DNA of 64,000 nucleotides from Candidatus Gottesmanbacteria bacterium (GTDB lineage Bacteria; Patescibacteriota; Microgenomatia; JAMCYU01): NCBI GenBank assembly GCA_043801155.1, contig JAZDMI010000011.1, positions 27,439 to 91,438 of the forward strand, read 5' to 3'. Shown piece by piece: positions 1 to 9,838 of this stretch (position 1 is its first letter; each line of letters starts with the position of its first letter). The notes under the pieces were generated by a model. It saw only the letters and a program-made list of their open reading frames with translations, ran no database searches and was not told where the DNA came from. The position numbers and the translations under genes were made by a program.

Positions 1-2
1 AT

Positions 3-380
3 GATTATGCTCATCATCCAGATCAAATTAAAAATACATTACAAGCCGCCCGGAGCTGGTATCCAGATAAAAAAATTATTTGTATTTTCCAACCCCATAC
101 CTATTCACGGACAAAAGCTTTATTTTCGGAGTTTGCCAGAAGTTTTAGTGATGCTGATGAGGTAATCATTACCGATATATACTCGTCAGCCAGAGAAAAG
201 CCGGATCCAACAGTCAGTTCTCAACTTCTTAGTGTTGAGGTTGGTAAATATCACCCAAAAGTACGTTATATCGCGGGGATAGATAAAATTGCCAATTATT
301 TACAAACTTATCTGCAGACTGGCAATATAATAATAACTATGGGAGCTGGAGATATATATAAATTACATAATTATTTCTGA
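3..380 (+). CDS. murC: UDP-N-acetylmuramate--L-alanine ligase, C-terminal fragment (5' end cut by the window edge)
   Basis: Frame 3 gives ...DYAHHPDQIKNTLQAARSWYPDKKIICIFQPHTYSRTKALF...DEVIITDIYSAREKPDP...GAGDIYKL*. DYAHHP and QPHTYSR are MurC C-domain signatures. It lies directly upstream of murB. Confidence 0.8.
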   Translation, partial: DYAHHPDQIKNTLQAARSWYPDKKIICIFQPHTYSRTKALFSEFARSFSDADEVIITDIYSSAREKPDPTVSSQLLSVEVGKYHPKVRYIAGIDKIANYLQTYLQTGNIIITMGAGDIYKLHNYF

Positions 381-437
381 TATCAATAAATATCGGGGAT
401 TTGATATAATTCCATTTGATATATAGATATATCATAT

Positions 438-1349
438 ATGAATAAAGTAGATATATTAAGTGAGTTAGAAGAAAAATTGGGGAAAGGAAGAATTTTGGTT
501 AATGAACCTTTGTCTTCCCATGCAACTTTTCGAATCGGTGGACCGGCTAATTTCTATTTTACGGCCAATTCTCAAGATGAAATTATTAAAGCAGTTAAAT
601 TATCCGATAATTTACATTTACCCTACTTTATCCTAGGAGGTGGATCAAATGTTTTAATCAGTGACAACGGATTTAAAGGTTTAGTCATTAAGAATAATTG
701 CCGCGGAATCAAAATTTTAAGCTATAAAGGGAAAATGGAAAAAGGAAAAATAGGCATTGGTGATGTTCTAGTTGAGGCCGATAGTGGCGCTTCTTTTAAT
801 CAATTAGTCCGTTTTTCACTCGAAGAGAATTTAGAGGGACTAGAAGAATTTTTAGGTCTTCCGGGTAGTGTCGGCGGCGCAGTTAAAGTAAATGCCCACT
901 GGCACGATAAAAGGGTTCGCGATTTTGTTATTGCGCAAAATAATTTAAATGATAATATAATTCTTTCGGTAGTTTTCAAATTAAAAAAATCAAATAATAA
1001 ACAATCTCTTTGGTTAAAAGCCAAAAATGTCATTGAATTTCGACAAAAAAAACACCCAACTGATAGTTCGGCCGGCTGTGTTTTCCAAAATATTCAAAAA
1101 AGCCAAGCCATGACAATAGGTACCCCAGAATATACTACCTCGGCTGGTTTTTTAATTGAAGCCTGCGGACTAAAGGGATTAAAAGAAGGTAATGTACAGA
1201 TTTCACCATTACATGCGAATTTTATTATTAATCTAGGAGGTGGAAAGGCTACCGACGTCATAAAACTTATCGATATTATTACCGACAAAGTCCAAACAAG
1301 ATTTGGTGTAAAACTAAAAGAAGAAATTATTAAAGTAGGAGATTTTTAA
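438..1349 (+). CDS. murB: UDP-N-acetylenolpyruvoylglucosamine reductase
   Basis: 303 aa with an FAD-binding N-terminal domain (FRIGGPANFYF, GGGSNVL) and a MurB C-terminal domain. Synteny murC-murB-murA. Confidence 0.85.
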   Translation: MNKVDILSELEEKLGKGRILVNEPLSSHATFRIGGPANFYFTANSQDEIIKAVKLSDNLHLPYFILGGGSNVLISDNGFKGLVIKNNCRGIKILSYKGKMEKGKIGIGDVLVEADSGASFNQLVRFSLEENLEGLEEFLGLPGSVGGAVKVNAHWHDKRVRDFVIAQNNLNDNIILSVVFKLKKSNNKQSLWLKAKNVIEFRQKKHPTDSSAGCVFQNIQKSQAMTIGTPEYTTSAGFLIEACGLKGLKEGNVQISPLHANFIINLGGGKATDVIKLIDIITDKVQTRFGVKLKEEIIKVGDF

Positions 1350-2674
1350 TGTCTGAATATATTATTAACGGAGGAAATCCCCTTAAGGGAGAAATAACCG
1401 TATTGGGAGCTAAAAATGTTGTCTTACCGGCAGTTGCGGCAGCCTTAATGACTGATGATAGTGTTACACTAACAAATATTCCTTTGATATCTGATCTTTT
1501 ATTAATGGTAGAAATTGCCCAAGGATTGGGAGCGGAAGCGATAATTACCAAAGATCATTGCCTTAAAATTAAAGCTGGTAATCTTAATAATCATAAGATT
1601 CCCCTCGGTATATCAGCAAGATTACGAACTTCTTTTATGATGATTGTTCCCTTGCTAGCTCGTCTAGGACGAGCAGAGATTCCTAATCCAGGTGGTTGTC
1701 GAATTGGAGCCCGGCCGATTGGTCGGCCAATAGAAGGATTAAATTATTTGGGGGCAAAAATTAATTACCATCGGGATGATGGCTATTTCCATGCGTCACT
1801 TGATAAATTCGTTGGCACAACATTTAAGTTTGATAAAAATTCCCATACTGGGACAGAAATGTTATTATTAGGAGCCGTCCTTGCCCAAGGACAAACAATT
1901 CTTGAAAATGCCGCGGCTGAACCGGAAGTTGATGATTTAATAAAACTTTTAAATCAAATGGGAGCCAAAATAATAAGAACCAAACCTCGTCAAATTGTTA
2001 TAAGTGGAGTTAAGAAATTACACGGAACAGAATATATGATTATGCCGGATAGGAATGAAACTGTTACTTTTGCCATTGCGGCATTAGTGACCAGGGGAGA
2101 TATTTTTGTCAAGGGTTCGCAAAGAGAGGATTTAAAAACATTTTTACAAAAATTAGATGATGTCAATGGTGGTTGGGAAACATTTCCAGATGGTACCAGA
2201 TTTTTTTATCAAAAACCGCTAAAATCGACTGATGTTCAGACTGGACCCTATCCAGGCTTTATGACCGACTGGCAAGCCCCATGGGCGGTTTTAATGACCC
2301 AAGCTAACGGAGAATCATTAATCCATGAAACAGTATACGAAGACCGATTTCAATATACCAGTGAATTACTCAAGATGGGCGCAAAAATCTCTATGTTTAA
2401 TCCAAAAGTTAGCCACCCGGAGAAAATATATAATTTTAATTTAGCCGATGATACGGAAAATTATTTTCATGCCATTAAAATTTTCGGACCAACAAAACTT
2501 CATAATGCTGTTATCGAGGTTCCCGATCTTCGTGCAGGTGCGACTTTAGTTTTGGCGGCTCTAACCGCTTCCGGTCAAAGTTTTATTTCCGGGGTTGAGC
2601 ATATCGACCGTGGTTATGAAAAGTTTAATGAAAGACTAAAATTATTAGGGGCAAAAATAAAAAAAATATCTTAA
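1349..2674 (+). CDS. murA: UDP-N-acetylglucosamine 1-carboxyvinyltransferase
   Basis: 441 aa with an EPSP-synthase/MurA fold (ITVLGAKNVVLP..., catalytic-loop GGCRIGARPI). The ATG overlaps the murB stop. Confidence 0.9.
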   Translation: MSEYIINGGNPLKGEITVLGAKNVVLPAVAAALMTDDSVTLTNIPLISDLLLMVEIAQGLGAEAIITKDHCLKIKAGNLNNHKIPLGISARLRTSFMMIVPLLARLGRAEIPNPGGCRIGARPIGRPIEGLNYLGAKINYHRDDGYFHASLDKFVGTTFKFDKNSHTGTEMLLLGAVLAQGQTILENAAAEPEVDDLIKLLNQMGAKIIRTKPRQIVISGVKKLHGTEYMIMPDRNETVTFAIAALVTRGDIFVKGSQREDLKTFLQKLDDVNGGWETFPDGTRFFYQKPLKSTDVQTGPYPGFMTDWQAPWAVLMTQANGESLIHETVYEDRFQYTSELLKMGAKISMFNPKVSHPEKIYNFNLADDTENYFHAIKIFGPTKLHNAVIEVPDLRAGATLVLAALTASGQSFISGVEHIDRGYEKFNERLKLLGAKIKKIS

Positions 2675-2688
2675 AAGAAAGGGGAATT

Positions 2689-3933
2689 ATGCAAGCTGTT
2701 ATTCTTGCTGCCGGCGCATCAACAAGGTTTTATCCGTTATCAGAAAGTATGCCTAAACCAATGGTAACACTATTAGGCAAGCCGATTCTAGCCAATACTA
2801 TCTTATCTTTGGCTAAGATGGATATTTCTAATATCGTTATGGTTACTAGCAATGAAACTACAATCAAATCTTATTTTGGAGATGGAAAAAAATTCGGGGT
2901 TAATATTTCATATGTAACCCAAAATAAACCATTAGGTATGGCTGATGCGTTACTTCAAGCAAAAAGTCTTATCAAAGATGATTTTTTTCTCCTTAATGGT
3001 CATCATTTGGACATTGGTGAATATATATTATCTATGGTTACGCAAAAACGCCGCTGTAATGGTGTTTTATTAGTTCAAGAACGAGAAAATCCTTGGGAGT
3101 ATGGTGTCGTTAAACATAAAGACCAAAAGATTACTGGTCTTATTGAAAAACCAAATAAAGGCAGTCAGACAAGTAATCTATGCGTAGTTGGGATATATTT
3201 ATTAGGCCAAGATTTTATTTCTTTTTTAGAAAAAATTCCTAGTTCCCATTATCAACTAGAAGAAGCGCTTGATAAATATTCCCAAGCAAATAATTTGTTG
3301 TTCGTTAATGCTCAAACGACCGTAACATTAAAATACCCCTGGGACCTATTAAATTTAAAAAATTATTTATTAGAAAAAACACCGCATAGAATAAGTCGCG
3401 GCGCCAAAATCGGGAAAGGAGTTATTTTAGTCGGTAAAATGGTGATTGAGGATGGAGCAGTTATTCATGAGAATGCGGTTATCAAGGGACCGGTTTATAT
3501 TGGAAAAAATAGCTTAATCGGGAATAATGCTTTAGTCAGAGATATGAGTTGTCTTGAAGAAGGAGTTCATGTCGGAGCCTTTTCAGAAGTAAAAAATAGT
3601 CTGCTTTTACCTAACGCCCATTTAGGGAGTGGCTTTATGGCATCATCGATCATCGGCGAAAATTGTCGTTTAGCCCATGGATTTACCACTGCCAATCGCC
3701 GATTTGATAGAAAATCCATTACGGTTATGGTTAAGGATAAAAAAGTCGATACCGGATTAACCGATTTGGGGACTATAATGGGAAATGATGTCTATGCTGG
3801 GATAAACGTTAGTATTATGCCGGGTAAAACTATCGGTAAAGAAGCCATTATCGGACCAGGTACATTTGTTTTTGATGACGTGCCACCAGGAACAAATTTC
3901 TACAATCAGTTTAAGCAAATTGTGAAGAAATAA
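2689..3933 (+). CDS. GlmU-like bifunctional sugar-1-phosphate nucleotidyltransferase with a C-terminal hexapeptide-repeat acetyltransferase domain
   Basis: The N-terminus has VILAAGASTRFYP...KPMV (NTP-transferase G-x-G-T-R motif). The C-terminal roughly 180 aa are rich in [LIV]G-x-x-x-x-I hexapeptide repeats. It sits between murA and glmS. Confidence 0.7.
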   Translation: MQAVILAAGASTRFYPLSESMPKPMVTLLGKPILANTILSLAKMDISNIVMVTSNETTIKSYFGDGKKFGVNISYVTQNKPLGMADALLQAKSLIKDDFFLLNGHHLDIGEYILSMVTQKRRCNGVLLVQERENPWEYGVVKHKDQKITGLIEKPNKGSQTSNLCVVGIYLLGQDFISFLEKIPSSHYQLEEALDKYSQANNLLFVNAQTTVTLKYPWDLLNLKNYLLEKTPHRISRGAKIGKGVILVGKMVIEDGAVIHENAVIKGPVYIGKNSLIGNNALVRDMSCLEEGVHVGAFSEVKNSLLLPNAHLGSGFMASSIIGENCRLAHGFTTANRRFDRKSITVMVKDKKVDTGLTDLGTIMGNDVYAGINVSIMPGKTIGKEAIIGPGTFVFDDVPPGTNFYNQFKQIVKK

Positions 3934-3935
3934 TT

Positions 3936-5708
3936 ATGTGTGGAATTTTCGGATTAACCAATGATAAAAATAGTGAAGCCGCTCAGACAATCCTTGATGG
4001 TTTAAAAAAACTGGAATATCGTGGCTATGATTCTTGGGGTATTGCCATAATTCCCAAGGGTTCATCCACGATTCAGGTAGAAAAACACATTGGTAAGATT
4101 GGTGAAGCCAAAACGAATTTGCCCTCCGGATTGATAGGAATTGGTCATACCCGTTGGGCAACTCATGGCGGTGTAACCGATCTTAATGCTCATCCTCATT
4201 TGGACTGTACCAAAAAAATTGCCGTCATTCATAACGGGATTATCGAAAATTACGATGTGATTAAAAAAAGGCTCATTAAATTAGGACATAAATTTATCTC
4301 CGAAACTGATACCGAAGTAGCGGCTCATTCAATTGAAGAGTATTACCAACGGATGTCTTTTACCGAAGCAGTGAGAAAAGCCTTCAACGAGTTTACCGGC
4401 TTAAGCGCGATTATCGTCTTAAATAGTGAAACGAGTGAATTTATAGCCATAAAAACCGGTTCACCCTTGGTTGTTGGTTTTGGTCCAAAAGAAAATTTGA
4501 TCGCGTCCGATGCGGTGGCCCTTTTGAACCATACCCGTCGAGTGCATTTTTTAGAAGATAAAGAGATGGTGCGAGTAACTAAAGATAAAGTTGAATTGTT
4601 TGATTGCCTTTCAGGTCAGCCAAAAAAGCCTAAAATTCAAACTCTTGACTGGCAAATTCAAGAAGTCAATTTGGGGAAGTATCCTTATTACATGATTAAG
4701 GAAATAAACGAACAACCTAAAGTTTTGCGGGGAATAAGCGAGGGTTTGATTGAAGAAATTTCTAATATCGCGCAAATAATTAAAAAATCCTATGGTACCT
4801 ATATGGTTGGTTGCGGTACGGCTTTTTATGCAGCCCTTTCAGGAACTTATCTTTTTTCAAGAATTTGCCATCGTCATGTCAATGCTGCCCCAGGTTCAGA
4901 ATTTGGTTATCTAGTTGACTTTTTAAAACCCAAAAGCCTAGTGATTGCTTTTTCACAATCCGGAGAAACAATTGATATCATTGAATCTGTCGGTAGAGCT
5001 AAAGAAAAAGGATCTAAAATCCTGGCGATTGTTAATAATTTGGGTTCGACACTTTATCGGATGTCCGACTATAAAATCCTTCTTGGTGCAGGACCTGAAA
5101 AATGTGTTTTGGCAACTAAAAGCTTTACCGCTAAAATTGCGATTTTATTACTTTTAGCCCACGCTTTAAATAGCGGATTAGCCAAAGGAAAAATACTTTT
5201 AGATAAGACAATTAAAGAAGTAGAAATTCTATTAAAACCAAAATCTTTAGAAAAGATAAAAAAACTAGCCAACATAATAGTTAATAAAGAAAATATTTAT
5301 GTTATCGGCCGTGGCCAATCATACCCGGTGGCTTTAGAGGCGGCTTTAAAAATTAAAGAAATATCTTATATACATGCTGAGGGATTTGCGGCCGGGGAGT
5401 TAAAACACGGTGTGATTGCTTTAATTGAAAAAGGAACGCCATGTATTATTTTTGCCCCTAACGATGAAACTTATGGAGCAGTCATATCCGGGGCAATGGA
5501 AATGAAAGCCAGAGGTGGATATATCATCGGTGTTTCTTTTAAAAATAACGAAATTTTTGATTATTATATTCCCGTCGATGATTGTGGTGATGCTACAATT
5601 ATCCCCAATGTTGTTGTTGCTCAACTTTTGGGTTATTATTTAGCTCTTAAAAAAGGAAATGATCCAGATAAGCCGAGGAATTTAGCAAAAAGTGTAACTG
5701 TAAAATAA
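3936..5708 (+). CDS. glmS: Glutamine--fructose-6-phosphate aminotransferase
   Basis: 590 aa. Begins MCGIFG (class-II amidotransferase N-terminal Cys) and has two SIS domains. The tail ...NLAKSVTVK* matches the conserved GlmS terminus. Confidence 0.95.
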   Translation: MCGIFGLTNDKNSEAAQTILDGLKKLEYRGYDSWGIAIIPKGSSTIQVEKHIGKIGEAKTNLPSGLIGIGHTRWATHGGVTDLNAHPHLDCTKKIAVIHNGIIENYDVIKKRLIKLGHKFISETDTEVAAHSIEEYYQRMSFTEAVRKAFNEFTGLSAIIVLNSETSEFIAIKTGSPLVVGFGPKENLIASDAVALLNHTRRVHFLEDKEMVRVTKDKVELFDCLSGQPKKPKIQTLDWQIQEVNLGKYPYYMIKEINEQPKVLRGISEGLIEEISNIAQIIKKSYGTYMVGCGTAFYAALSGTYLFSRICHRHVNAAPGSEFGYLVDFLKPKSLVIAFSQSGETIDIIESVGRAKEKGSKILAIVNNLGSTLYRMSDYKILLGAGPEKCVLATKSFTAKIAILLLLAHALNSGLAKGKILLDKTIKEVEILLKPKSLEKIKKLANIIVNKENIYVIGRGQSYPVALEAALKIKEISYIHAEGFAAGELKHGVIALIEKGTPCIIFAPNDETYGAVISGAMEMKARGGYIIGVSFKNNEIFDYYIPVDDCGDATIIPNVVVAQLLGYYLALKKGNDPDKPRNLAKSVTVK

Positions 5709-5730
5709 GGTACGGCTTTTGCTTTGCAAT

Positions 5731-5769
5731 AAAACCAGAAATTTAGCTAAAAGCGTGACCGTAAAATAA
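5731..5769 (+). repeat. Orphan duplicate of the glmS 3'-terminal coding segment (KTRNLAKSVTVK*) with synonymous codon changes
   Basis: The native tail at 5670-5708 encodes KPRNLAKSVTVK*. Positions 5731-5769 encode KTRNLAKSVTVK* using gct/agc/gtg/acc instead of gca/agt/gta/act. A stop lies 10 codons upstream, and there is no start or ribosome-binding site. Confidence 0.7.
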
Positions 5770-5806
5770 TTAGATCAATTATTCTAATTATGCTAATATT
5801 AGCAAT

Positions 5807-6010
5807 GTGGCTAACATATTAGAAAACATATACAACAGTCTTCGTGTATATTGGGAACCTGATTCTTGTCAACCAGCGTCTCTAACACCAGAAGAGTTAG
5901 AAGCTAGACTCAAGAATTTAAAACCGACCGGATTATGTGTGGAATTACAAAAATATAAAATGGGTATTAGTAAATTATTAGATGAAAAAGTAAGTAACGA
6001 TGCAAAATAA
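5807..6010 (+). CDS. Small hypothetical protein (67 aa)
   Basis: The ORF overlaps the ddl start by 11 nt. No recognisable motif. A 14-bp perfect palindrome tgctaatattagca lies just upstream. Confidence 0.25.
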   Translation: MANILENIYNSLRVYWEPDSCQPASLTPEELEARLKNLKPTGLCVELQKYKMGISKLLDEKVSNDAK

Positions 6011-7037
6011 GAAAATTAGAGTTGCAGTTTTAATGGGTGGACGAACACCAGAATATGATGTTTCCTTAGCAACTGGTCGAGAGGTTGTTTCATATTTAAA
6101 TAAAACTAAATTTGACGTTGTTCCGGTTATTATTTCCCGAGACGGTCAAAAATGGCAACCACTACCACTTCCAAAATTTTTGAATTTAGATACATCGATT
6201 CGCCGCCTGCCCGACCAGATTAGACAAGCATCGGCAATAGAATCATCACCCCAAAGCCACCTAGTCCTTAATGAGCAGAAAATTGATGTAGTTTTTATTG
6301 CTATGCATGGACCATTTGGTGAAGACGGAACTATCCAAGGCTTGTTGGATTTGTTAAATATTCCATATACCTGTTCAGGAGTGTTAGCTAGTGCGTTGGG
6401 CATGGATAAAATAATGTTTAGAAAAATATTGTTGGCGGAAAAGATTCCTTATCCTCGTTTTATAGCCTTCAAGAAAGGGGATTCAGAAAAACTTATATGG
6501 AGTTATTTTAAAAAGCCACCACTTTTTGTTAAGCCCTACAACCAGGGATCAAGTGTCGGTGCTTCGATTATTCATGACCCCAGTGAACTTAAAATAGCTC
6601 TTGATAAAGCACTGGCTTTTTCTAATCCGATTTTAATTGATGAATATCTTAAAGGTACGGAAATAAGCTGTGCCGTTTTAGGTAATGACAATCCCCAAGC
6701 ACTTCCTTTAGCAGAAATTGTACCCAAAAACGAATTTTTTGACTATGAAGCTAAATATACCGATGGGAAATCTGACGAAATCGTTCCGGCGAGAATATCT
6801 AAATCATTGACCAAAATGATTCAGGACTTATCAATAAAAATCTTTAAAGCTATTGGGGCCAAAGGAGTAGCTCGGGTAGAATTTATTTTAGTTGATGATA
6901 AACCTTATTGTTTAGAAATTAATACCATTCCTGGTTTAACCTCGTCATCAATTGTTCCAAAAGAAGCTAAGGGTGCCGGGATAACCTACCCGTTGCTTCT
7001 TGATAAATTGATTAATTTGGCACTTCAAAAAAGTTAA
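6000..7037 (+). CDS. ddl: D-alanine--D-alanine ligase
   Basis: 345 aa. N-terminus KIRVAVLMGGRTPEYDVSLATG, ATP-grasp fold, C-terminus ...EINTIPGLTSSS. Confidence 0.9.
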   Translation: MQNKKIRVAVLMGGRTPEYDVSLATGREVVSYLNKTKFDVVPVIISRDGQKWQPLPLPKFLNLDTSIRRLPDQIRQASAIESSPQSHLVLNEQKIDVVFIAMHGPFGEDGTIQGLLDLLNIPYTCSGVLASALGMDKIMFRKILLAEKIPYPRFIAFKKGDSEKLIWSYFKKPPLFVKPYNQGSSVGASIIHDPSELKIALDKALAFSNPILIDEYLKGTEISCAVLGNDNPQALPLAEIVPKNEFFDYEAKYTDGKSDEIVPARISKSLTKMIQDLSIKIFKAIGAKGVARVEFILVDDKPYCLEINTIPGLTSSSIVPKEAKGAGITYPLLLDKLINLALQKS

Positions 7038-7070
7038 TCCACGCCTAAATATGATACAATTAATGACATA

Positions 7071-8309
7071 ATGCAAGTTATTTCGTGGAAACAGCCATTT
7101 CATGAGATCCGTCGTTTATTCGCGAAAAACTGGTTAGGATTCTTTCCTAACATAAAAATTATTGCGGTAACTGGAAGTTATGGGAAAACCAATACTACAC
7201 GGGCTATTGGCCAAGTTTTAAGCCAAAAATACACAACACTTGAGACAGATATTAACCTCGATAGTCTTTATAATATTCCGATTACTATTCTTAAAGTTCG
7301 CCCTAAACATCAATTATTAATTTTGGAATGTGGAGTTGACCATCGGGGGGAGATGGATAAACATCTCTCACTTTTTAAACCTCAGATAGCTGTCCTAACT
7401 GGTATTTCTCCGGTTCATTCAGATCCAGAACTTCTAGGTTCCCTGGAGGGGATTATAAGTGAGAAAAGTAAATTGATTAATGCTTTGCCAAGCGACGGTC
7501 GAGCAATTCTTAATTTTGATGACAATCTGGTGAGAAAAATCGGTGAGTCGACAAAAGTAAATATCTTGTGGTATGGAACCGATCCAACATGTGATTTTTG
7601 GGCTGATCAGATAAAAACTAATTTATCGGGAACTTCCTTTATACTTCATACAAAACACTTTTTAAGTCATGATGTACCTATCCATATTGGTTTATTAGGT
7701 AAACATACTGTCCATGAAGCCTTAGCCGCGATCGCGATTGGAATAATTAATGATTTATCAATTGACCAAATAAAGAAGGGGCTAGAGGAGCTTACTCCTT
7801 TACCAGGCCGCTTAAGTATTACTAATGGGCCACTTGATACAACGATTTTAGATGATCATTTACGGGCCAACCCAGCCTCGACCAGAGCAGGCTTGGAAAC
7901 ATTAGTCGTACTCCCCTGCCAGGGTAGGAAAATCGCGGTCGTAGGAGAAATGGGAGAATTAGGCCAGTATGCGCAGGAAGAACATGCAAAATTAGGAGAA
8001 TTTATGGCTAAATTAAGCTTAGATTATATGGTTAATATCGGACCGTTACAAAAGTATACTTATGAAAGAGCAATAAATAGGGGATTTGATAAGAAGCGTA
8101 TTTTTTGGGCTAAAGACGTAAACGATGCTGCACAGATCTTAAAAAAAATCCTTAAACCAGGCGATCTATGGTATCTTAAGGGCTCTCTACTTCGACATTT
8201 AGAAAGAATTATTTTTCTACTTGAGAATAAAAGAGTTGATTGTCAACTTATATCCTGTCATGTTTATAAACAATGTTCTGTTTGCCCAATGTTAGTGAAA
8301 CGGGTATAA
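7071..8309 (+). CDS. murF: UDP-MurNAc-pentapeptide synthetase (short N-terminal domain) with a Cys-rich C-terminal extension
   Basis: Mur-ligase P-loop IIAVTGSYGKTNTT and C-domain LPGRLS. Only about 30 aa precede the P-loop. The last about 25 aa, ...VDCQLISCHVYKQCSVCPMLVKRV, carry five Cys. Confidence 0.8.
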   Translation: MQVISWKQPFHEIRRLFAKNWLGFFPNIKIIAVTGSYGKTNTTRAIGQVLSQKYTTLETDINLDSLYNIPITILKVRPKHQLLILECGVDHRGEMDKHLSLFKPQIAVLTGISPVHSDPELLGSLEGIISEKSKLINALPSDGRAILNFDDNLVRKIGESTKVNILWYGTDPTCDFWADQIKTNLSGTSFILHTKHFLSHDVPIHIGLLGKHTVHEALAAIAIGIINDLSIDQIKKGLEELTPLPGRLSITNGPLDTTILDDHLRANPASTRAGLETLVVLPCQGRKIAVVGEMGELGQYAQEEHAKLGEFMAKLSLDYMVNIGPLQKYTYERAINRGFDKKRIFWAKDVNDAAQILKKILKPGDLWYLKGSLLRHLERIIFLLENKRVDCQLISCHVYKQCSVCPMLVKRV

Positions 8310-8378
8310 TGATTTTTAGCAATTAGATAAAAAAGAATAATATAAAAATCATTTACCTGCGGTATAATTAATAAATAT

Positions 8379-8750
8379 ATGGAAGAAGCTATCAGGCGCC
8401 ATCGTATCTCTTTTAAAAACGCTTTCGATGGATTGTTTTATGCTTTCACCTCTCAACCAAATTTTAAGATTCATTTTTTCCTGGCATCCTTAGCATTACT
8501 ACTTGGTTTTTTTCTCGAGGTTTCCTTTCTTGAGTTAATAATATTGGTAATAGTCATAATTTTTGGACTAACAGTTGAAATGATGAATACATCAATTGAG
8601 TCAATTACCGATCTAGTTACAAAAGAATGGCGTCAGGAAGCAAAAATTGCTAAAGATGTTGCCGCCGGGATGATGTTACTAACAGCCATTGGGACCGTTA
8701 TTGTAGCCTTGCTTATTTTTATCCCCAGATTAACAGAAAAATTTTTATGA
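8379..8750 (+). CDS. dgkA: Diacylglycerol/undecaprenol kinase family membrane protein
   Basis: 123 aa with 3 TM segments and DgkA-like motifs (FKNAFDGLxYAF, EMMNTSIE, AKDVAAG). Lies between murF and mraY. Confidence 0.7.
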   Translation: MEEAIRRHRISFKNAFDGLFYAFTSQPNFKIHFFLASLALLLGFFLEVSFLELIILVIVIIFGLTVEMMNTSIESITDLVTKEWRQEAKIAKDVAAGMMLLTAIGTVIVALLIFIPRLTEKFL

Positions 8751-9781
8751 TTCTCCCTTTTGGATTATTAATTTTATCATTTGTTATAAATTTAATTTTA
8801 TTTATTCCCTTTATTAATTTTTTATACCGGATTAAATTCCAAAGACGGGAACAAACCACCCGCGATTTTTTAGGGAAATTAACTCCGATATTTGATAAAT
8901 TTCATCGTTCTAAAGTAGGCATACCAGTTGGTGGGGGAATATTAATTTTACTTGTAGTCCCGATCCTATTTATTCTAACAATGTTCTTGTTATATTATTT
9001 ATGGATTCCGATTACATCAGCTTATCCGATTGGGGAAGAGATAAAAATATTACTTTTTGCCTTTCTATCTTTTAGCTTTTTAGGACTATATGATGACATA
9101 AAAAAAACATTCCCCGATGTATCAACAGAATTTTTTGGATTACGACTACGCCATAAACTAATATTAGAATTGATGCTTTCGGGAATTATCTCAATTTGGC
9201 TGTTTAAAGATTTAAAAATCGGTATTGTTAATATCCCATTTCTTGATGTTGTTAATCTTAGTTGGTTATTTGTCCCCTTTTCGGCTTTTGTTATCACAGC
9301 CTTTGCCAATGCTTATAATATTACCGACGGACTGGACGGATTGGCTGCCGGATTGTTATTAATCTGCTTAGGTGTTTTTTGGGTTATTTCCGCGGGTATA
9401 CTAGATGTTCCCTTGTCAAGTTTTATTGCCATTTGGATTGGCAGTTTAATTGCCTTTTTATATTTTAATATTCATCCGGCAAGGATTTTTCTTGGTGATA
9501 CTGGTGCTTTATCGTTTGGTGCAACCATGGCGGTAATTGGTTTAATGTTGGGTAAGACGATGGCTTTAGTTGTTATTGGAGGTATTTTTGTCGCCGAAGC
9601 GGGTTCTTCATTAATTCAACTTTTGGGGAAAAGATTTTTAAACAGGAAGATTTTTGCAGTCTCGCCTATTCATCTATGGTTTCAAAATAGAGGTTGGGAA
9701 GAAAGTACAGTGGTTATGAGATTTTGGCTTGGTGGAATTATTTTAGCGGTTTTTGGCTTATTTTTAGCTGCAATTACTTAG
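8747..9781 (+). CDS. mraY: Phospho-N-acetylmuramoyl-pentapeptide transferase
   Basis: 344 aa polytopic protein with the NAYNITDGLDGLAAG motif. Confidence 0.9.
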   Translation: MILPFGLLILSFVINLILFIPFINFLYRIKFQRREQTTRDFLGKLTPIFDKFHRSKVGIPVGGGILILLVVPILFILTMFLLYYLWIPITSAYPIGEEIKILLFAFLSFSFLGLYDDIKKTFPDVSTEFFGLRLRHKLILELMLSGIISIWLFKDLKIGIVNIPFLDVVNLSWLFVPFSAFVITAFANAYNITDGLDGLAAGLLLICLGVFWVISAGILDVPLSSFIAIWIGSLIAFLYFNIHPARIFLGDTGALSFGATMAVIGLMLGKTMALVVIGGIFVAEAGSSLIQLLGKRFLNRKIFAVSPIHLWFQNRGWEESTVVMRFWLGGIILAVFGLFLAAIT

Positions 9782-9838
9782 ATCATTATTTCTTCTTTTA
9801 AACAATTCCGGCGGACTGCAACATGATATAATCATATT

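Noticed and set aside
800-1288. Short antisense ORFs inside murB, and similar ORFs inside glmS, ileS, dnaE, atpA and others
   Set aside because: They are embedded antisense in well-supported genes and have no ribosome-binding site. They are typical shadow ORFs.
3934-3936. glmS ribozyme upstream of glmS
   Set aside because: glmS starts 2 nt after the preceding gene, so there is no leader to hold a ribozyme.
5709-5806. Tn7-like transposon inserted at attTn7 downstream of glmS
   Set aside because: Only about 100 nt of intergenic DNA is present, with no tns genes or terminal repeats. Only the orphan glmS tail remains.
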